NCBI GenBank assembly: GCA_021794015.1
Contig: JAJYRQ010000015.1
Coordinates: 8,154 to 72,153, forward strand
Length of the DNA: 64,000 bases
Reading direction: 5' to 3'
Source: Deltaproteobacteria bacterium
Lineage (GTDB): Bacteria > Desulfobacterota > Binatia > Binatales > Binataceae
Part shown: in pieces, positions 59,410 to 64,000 of the stretch
How positions within the stretch are numbered: the stretch's first letter is position 1
Layout of the letters: every line of letters begins with the position of its first letter
Translations under genes and position numbers: made by a program
The notes under the pieces: model-generated
What the model was told of the DNA's origin: nothing
The model's database searches: none
What the model saw: the letters and a program-made list of their open reading frames with translations, nothing else

Positions 59410-60315
59410 ATGGTGGAGGATTCCGTAGCAAGGGCCAGGATTCTCGTCGAAGCGCTGCCTTACATCCAGCGCTTCAGCGGCACGACCTTTGTCATCAAGT
59501 TCGGCGGACGCGCGATGCAGACCCCCGAGCTCAGGGAAAGCTTTGCCCGCGACGTCGTCCTCCTCAAGGCGGTCGGGATAAACCCGGTCATCGTCCACGG
59601 AGGCGGTCCCCAGATAACCGAATTCATCACCCGCCTGGGCCTGCCCTCCCGCTTCGTGCGCGGGCTTAGGGTCACCGACCGCGAAAGCATCGAAGTCGTC
59701 GAAATGGTCCTGCAGAAGATAAACAAGGACCTGGTGAGTGACATCGCCCGCCAGGGCGGGCGCGCCGTCGGCCTCTCCGGCAAGGACGGCAGCCTGCTCA
59801 CGGCGCGCAAAATGCCGCTGCTTGCGGCCGACGAGGGCGGCGCCAACACCGAGGTGGACCTTGGCCTGGTGGGCGAGATCGAGCGGGTCAACCCCGAGCT
59901 GCTGCATTGCCTGGAAAAGGCCGCCTTTATCCCGGTGATCGCCCCGCTGGCCGCCGGGCGCGACGGCCAGACCTATAACATCAACGCCGATCCCGCCGCC
60001 GGCGCCGTGGCCGCCGCTTTGGGCGCCGAGAAGCTGGTGCTGCTTACCGACGTCGAAGGCGTGCTGGACGCCGGCAGCCGGCGCATTCCCACGCTCGAAG
60101 CCGCCGAGGCCGAACGGCTTATCGCCGGCGGCCTGGTAAACCAGGGAATGATTCCCAAGGTCGAATGCTGCCTGGCAGCACTGCGCGCCGGCGTCGGCAA
60201 GGCGCACATCCTGGACGGCAGGCTGGCCCATGCGGTGTTGCTCGAGATTTTCACCCGCCTAGGGGTCGGCACCGAGGTCGTCCGGGCCGGCGCCGCTTCG
60301 GCCGGCAGGGATTGA
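59410..60315 (+). CDS. argB: Acetylglutamate kinase
   Basis: FVIKFGGRAM, VIVHGGGPQI, amino-acid kinase fold. Confidence 0.9.
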   Translation: MVEDSVARARILVEALPYIQRFSGTTFVIKFGGRAMQTPELRESFARDVVLLKAVGINPVIVHGGGPQITEFITRLGLPSRFVRGLRVTDRESIEVVEMVLQKINKDLVSDIARQGGRAVGLSGKDGSLLTARKMPLLAADEGGANTEVDLGLVGEIERVNPELLHCLEKAAFIPVIAPLAAGRDGQTYNINADPAAGAVAAALGAEKLVLLTDVEGVLDAGSRRIPTLEAAEAERLIAGGLVNQGMIPKVECCLAALRAGVGKAHILDGRLAHAVLLEIFTRLGVGTEVVRAGAASAGRD

Positions 60316-60411
60316 GAACGATGGGCCGGGCCGCCGCCGGCCGGGGCGCCGGCGCGCGGGAACCCGCGACGGGGCGGGCCTTGGCGGTCGGCAAAGGCAG
60401 AGGAGACGCCG

Positions 60412-61602
60412 ATGGGTAACGCACAGGTTATCGAGCTTGCGCATCGCAGCCAGGTAAACGTTTACCGATGCCTGCCGGTCGCTTTTGTTCGCGGGCAGGG
60501 GCCGTATCTTTATGACGCCGACGGCAACCGCTACCTCGACTTTTTCAGCGGGCTGGCGGTTACCGGCCTGGGCCAGGGCCATCCGCGCCTGGTGGAAGCG
60601 ATTTGCGAGCAGGCCAAGCGGCTGCTTCACGTTTCCAACGTGTTCCATACCGAGCCGGCGGCGCGTCTGGCCGAGCGGCTGAGCGTTCTTTTCGGCGACG
60701 GCAAGGTTTTCCTGTCCAATTCGGGAGCGGAAGCCAACGAAGCCGCAATCAAGCTTGCCCGGCTTTGGGGGCATCGCGCGGGCGGCGGCCGCTTTGAAAT
60801 CGTGACCGCGGCCAACTCCTTCCACGGACGCACGCTGGCTACCCTCGCCGCCACCGGACAAGAGCAGTACCGCCGGGGTTTCGAGCCGGCGATGCCCGGC
60901 TTTCGCGTCGTCCCGTTCAACGACCTGCCGGCGCTGGCCGCAGCCGTCGGCCCACAGACGGTCGCCGTAATGCTCGAGCCGATCCAGGGCGAAGGCGGGG
61001 TCGTCGCTCCGCACCCCGACTACCTGCAGGAGGTGCGCGTACTGTGCGACCGGCAGGCTTTGCTGCTCATCCTCGACGAGATACAAACCGGGATGGGACG
61101 CACCGGCAAAATGTTCGCCTACCAGCACAGCGCCATCAACCCGGACATCGTCACCCTGGCCAAGTCGCTGGCCGGCGGCCTGCCGATCGGCGCCACCATC
61201 GCGCACAGCCGGATCGCCGCGGTCTTCGAGCCGGGCAGCCACGGCTCGACCTTCGGCGGCAACCCGGTCGCCTGCGCGGCAGCGCTTGCCGTGCTTGACG
61301 TGCTGAACGAAGAGGGCCTGGTCGACAACGCCGCGCGCTTGGGGGAGTACATGCTCGAACGGCTACGGCAGATCGCCCGCCAATGCCCGGCGGTGGTCGA
61401 GGTGCGCGGCAAGGGGCTGCTCATCGGGATTGCGCTCGACCGCCCGGCGCGGCCGGTGGTCGAGCACTGCCTTAAGGAGCGGCTGGTAACCAACGCCACG
61501 GCCGAGACGGTCCTAAGGCTGCTGCCGCCGCTTATCGTGGAGCGCGAGGAGGCCGACCTCGCGCTCAACATTATCGAGCGCGCGCTGCGCGGCCTCAACT
61601 GA
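60412..61602 (+). CDS. argD: Acetylornithine aminotransferase (class III PLP)
   Basis: LILDEIQTGMGRTGKMFA (PLP Lys region); GGGFP-type motif region SGAEANEAAIKLAR. Confidence 0.85.
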   Translation: MGNAQVIELAHRSQVNVYRCLPVAFVRGQGPYLYDADGNRYLDFFSGLAVTGLGQGHPRLVEAICEQAKRLLHVSNVFHTEPAARLAERLSVLFGDGKVFLSNSGAEANEAAIKLARLWGHRAGGGRFEIVTAANSFHGRTLATLAATGQEQYRRGFEPAMPGFRVVPFNDLPALAAAVGPQTVAVMLEPIQGEGGVVAPHPDYLQEVRVLCDRQALLLILDEIQTGMGRTGKMFAYQHSAINPDIVTLAKSLAGGLPIGATIAHSRIAAVFEPGSHGSTFGGNPVACAAALAVLDVLNEEGLVDNAARLGEYMLERLRQIARQCPAVVEVRGKGLLIGIALDRPARPVVEHCLKERLVTNATAETVLRLLPPLIVEREEADLALNIIERALRGLN

Positions 61603-61610
61603 ATCGGGCG

Positions 61611-62645
61611 GTGGAACCGTTCAGTCAACAGGCCCGCGCGGCAGCCAGGCGAAGACCGGCGAGCGTAACTCGTGGCGGCCGGCCGGGTGCGGCGAAACGC
61701 GACCTGATCGAGCTTTCGAGTCTCTCCCGGGAGGAACTCCACGGCCTCTTGCGGCTGGCCGAACGGCTCAAGGCTGAGTTGCGCGCGGGGGTCGAGCATC
61801 GCTACCTGCGGGGGCGGACGCTGGCGATGATTTTCGAAAAACCTTCGCTGCGCACGCGCCTTACGTTCGAGACCGGGATGGCCCAGCTCGGCGGCCACGC
61901 CATTTACCTCGGCCCCCAGGAAGTTGGACTGGGCACCCGCGAGGCGGTCAAGGACGTGGCCCGCAATCTCTCGCGCTGGGTGGACCTGATCATGGTTCGC
62001 ACCTTCGCCCACGCCACTTGCGTGGAACTGGCGCGGGAGGCCAGCGTGCCGGTCATCAACGGCCTTACCGACCTTCTCCACCCCTGCCAACTGTTGGCCG
62101 ACCTGCTTACCCTGCGCGAGCGCTTCGGGGCGCTTGAGCGGTTGCGGGTTGCCTTTGTCGGCGACGGCTTCAACGTGGCACAGAGCTGGATGGAAGCCGC
62201 GGCGCTCTTGGGCTTCGAGCTTCGCCTCGCCTGCCCGCAGGGCTACGAACCCAAGCGCCGCTTCGCGCAAAAGCTCGAGCGCGCCGGCCGGGGGTTTGTC
62301 ACCAACGACCCGGCACGCGCCGTAAGCGGCGCCGACGTGCTTTACACCGACGCCTGGACCTCGATGGGACAGGAGAAAGAAGCCGAGCAGCGCCGGCGCG
62401 TCTTCGCCGGCTTCCAGGTCAACCGCAAGCTTTTAAGCCGCGCCGGCAGCCGGGCGATCGTTATGCACTGCCTGCCCGCCCACCGGGGCGAGGAGATTAC
62501 CGACGAGGTGCTGGACGGGGCGCGCTCGGCGGTGCTCGAACAGGCCGAAAACCGGCTGCATGCGCAGAAGGCGGCGATGCTCTGGCTTTTGAAGCCCGAA
62601 CTACTTAATCTTGCGGCCGAGGGGACCTCCGACAAGGCGCGCTGA
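61611..62645 (+). CDS. argF: Ornithine carbamoyltransferase
   Basis: Carbamoyl-phosphate binding SLRTRLTFE (STRTR-type); HCLPA motif ([12 protein letters not shown]). The N-terminal ~25 aa may be an extension. Confidence 0.85.
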   Translation: MEPFSQQARAAARRRPASVTRGGRPGAAKRDLIELSSLSREELHGLLRLAERLKAELRAGVEHRYLRGRTLAMIFEKPSLRTRLTFETGMAQLGGHAIYLGPQEVGLGTREAVKDVARNLSRWVDLIMVRTFAHATCVELAREASVPVINGLTDLLHPCQLLADLLTLRERFGALERLRVAFVGDGFNVAQSWMEAAALLGFELRLACPQGYEPKRRFAQKLERAGRGFVTNDPARAVSGADVLYTDAWTSMGQEKEAEQRRRVFAGFQVNRKLLSRAGSRAIVMHCLPAHRGEEITDEVLDGARSAVLEQAENRLHAQKAAMLWLLKPELLNLAAEGTSDKAR

Positions 62646-63880
62646 TGGCTTCTCAACCGGTAAAAAAGGTCGTGCTCGCTTACTCCGGCGGGCTGGACAC
62701 CTCGGTCATCCTGCGCTGGGTGCGCGACCGTTACGGCTGCGAGGTGGTGGCTTTCTGCGCCGACGTCGGCCAGGGCGAAGAGACGGCAGGCCTTGAGGCC
62801 AAGGCGCTGAGCACCGGCGCCAGCCGGCTGTATCTGGTTGACCTGCGCGAGGAGTTTGCCCGCGAGTTTGTCTTTCCGATGCTGCGCGCCAACGCCGTTT
62901 ACGAAGGCTATTACCTGCTGGGCACCTCGATCGCCCGCCCCGCCATCGCCAGGAAGCAGGTCGAGATCGCCCGCGCCGTGGGCGCCGACGCGCTGGCCCA
63001 TGGCGCCACCGGCAAGGGCAACGACCAAGTGCGCTTCGAGCTGGCCTTTGCCCGCTTGGCGCCGGAGTTGGCCGTTATCGCGCCGTGGCGCCATCCCGAC
63101 TGGCCGTTTAAGGGGCGAGCCGAGATGCTGGCCTACGCGCGCGCCAAGGGCATCCCGGTTTGCGCCGGCCCCGACGCCCCGCCTTACTCGACCGACCGCA
63201 ACCTGGTCCATATCAGCTACGAAGGCGGCACCCTCGAGGACCCCTGGCAGCCCCCGGATGACAACATGTTCCGGCTCACCACGGCGCCCGAAAAGGCGCC
63301 TGACGAGCCCGAAATCGTCGAGGTCGCATATGAACGCGGCAACCCGGTAAGCATCAACGGCGCCGCCCGCTCGCCGGCCGCACTCGTCGAGGAAGCCAAC
63401 CGCATCGCCGGCCGCCACGGCGTCGGACGGGTCGACCTGGTCGAGAACCGCTTCGTCGGCATCAAGTCGCGCGGCGTCTACGAAAGCCCGGGAGTGACGC
63501 TCTTGTGGCACGCCCATCGCGCCGTCGAGCAACTCACGCTCGACCGCGAGCTGGCCCATCTGCGCGATATGCTGACGTCGCGCTACGCCGAAATGGTTTA
63601 CAATGGCCAGTGGTTCTCCCCCGAGCGGGAGGCGCTCCAGGCGCTCATCGACCAGGCCCAGGCCAACGTCGAGGGCGTGGCGCGGCTCAAGCTTTTTAAA
63701 GGCGGCCTTTGGATCGTAGGGCGCAAGTCGTCCCGTTCACTCTACGACCGGCGCCTGGCCAGTTTCGAGGAAGCGGGCGGCTACCAGCCCTCGGACGCGG
63801 ACGGCTTCATCCGGCTTAACGCGCTTAGACTGCGCGCGCTGGCAGCCTTGGAGCGCACCGGCAAGGACGACCCGGCCTAA
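62645..63880 (+). CDS. argG: Argininosuccinate synthase
   Basis: [12 protein letters not shown]-loop; [15 protein letters not shown]; size 411 aa. Confidence 0.9.
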   Translation: MASQPVKKVVLAYSGGLDTSVILRWVRDRYGCEVVAFCADVGQGEETAGLEAKALSTGASRLYLVDLREEFAREFVFPMLRANAVYEGYYLLGTSIARPAIARKQVEIARAVGADALAHGATGKGNDQVRFELAFARLAPELAVIAPWRHPDWPFKGRAEMLAYARAKGIPVCAGPDAPPYSTDRNLVHISYEGGTLEDPWQPPDDNMFRLTTAPEKAPDEPEIVEVAYERGNPVSINGAARSPAALVEEANRIAGRHGVGRVDLVENRFVGIKSRGVYESPGVTLLWHAHRAVEQLTLDRELAHLRDMLTSRYAEMVYNGQWFSPEREALQALIDQAQANVEGVARLKLFKGGLWIVGRKSSRSLYDRRLASFEEAGGYQPSDADGFIRLNALRLRALAALERTGKDDPA

Positions 63881-64000
63881 ACGGGGGACACCGGCTTGGG
63901 CAAGGTCATCGAGTTGCGGCGGCCCAAGCGGCCCAATGCCGCGGCGGCAAGCGGCACCGCCCCGGCCGAGAGCGATGCTGAACGCTGTCCCATATGCCAT

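Noticed and set aside
63881-64000. Possible start of another gene after argG (TTG/ATG frames reading ...LGKVIELRRPKRPNAAAASGTAPAESDAERCPICH)
   Set aside because: Too short and runs off the window. No recognisable similarity (not argH-like). The 63737..64000(-) ORF is antisense to argG.

Overview
This is a high-GC (~68%) bacterial chromosomal window, densely coded on both strands. Most of it is core metabolism plus several catabolic and uptake modules. It contains one small low-GC islet that looks horizontally acquired.

In order along the window:
- (1) 1-13.1 kb: an anaerobic aromatic-acid module. It holds a Liv-type ABC importer (binding protein, two permeases, two ATPases), a three-domain OYE/FAD dienoyl-CoA-reductase-like flavoprotein, a benzoate-CoA-ligase-family enzyme, and a three-subunit molybdopterin hydroxylase (2Fe-2S small subunit, large Mo subunit, FAD medium subunit). 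The FAD subunit carries a Cys-rich insertion diagnostic of 4-hydroxybenzoyl-CoA reductase (HcrCAB/HbaBCD).
- (2) 13.2-18.8 kb: tsaD, rsmA, mutM, a lipoprotein with a Q-rich and Gly/Met/Phe-repeat tail, an NAD-dependent epimerase/dehydratase, and folD.
- (3) 19.0-19.6 kb: an IS3-family transposase C-terminal remnant fused back-to-back with the C-terminal half of an ECF sigma factor, followed by an intact zinc-finger anti-sigma factor.
- (4) 20.2-24.3 kb: the sulfur assimilation operon cysH-DUF2061-sirC-sir, with chained ATGA start/stop overlaps, behind a 584-bp leader containing a perfect 12-bp inverted repeat.
- (5) 24.3-28.5 kb: gcvT-gcvPA-gcvPB, with no gcvH.
- (6) 28.5-37.1 kb: an SCP2-like protein, an alpha/beta hydrolase, a second Liv-type ABC importer whose last ATPase carries a -1 frameshift, an aldehyde dehydrogenase and a 3-hydroxyacid dehydrogenase.
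- (7) 37.2-43.4 kb: a periplasmic formate dehydrogenase operon (Tat-signal FdnG with an in-frame UGA selenocysteine codon and a downstream SECIS-like hairpin, FdnH, FdnI, an inserted cupin gene, and FdhE).
- (8) 43.7-49.2 kb: family-B DNA polymerase II, a CaCA cation antiporter, and rpoD.
- (9) 49.2-51.4 kb: a ~55% GC islet. It holds a decayed tyrosine-integrase fragment, a RelE/ParE toxin fragment, an intact Phd/YefM antitoxin, and a 306-aa protein whose N- and C-termini carry PIN-nuclease motifs separated by a ~170-aa insertion. This is the best candidate for an undescribed toxin-antitoxin or defence module.
- (10) 51.4-63.9 kb: a family III CoA-transferase, glmS, glmU, a Cys-rich zinc-ribbon protein, xerC-hslV-hslU, and argB-argD-argF-argG.

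No rRNA, confident tRNA or CRISPR array was seen. Many Arg/Gly/Pro-rich ORFs in the supplied track are antisense or out-of-frame artefacts of the high GC content.
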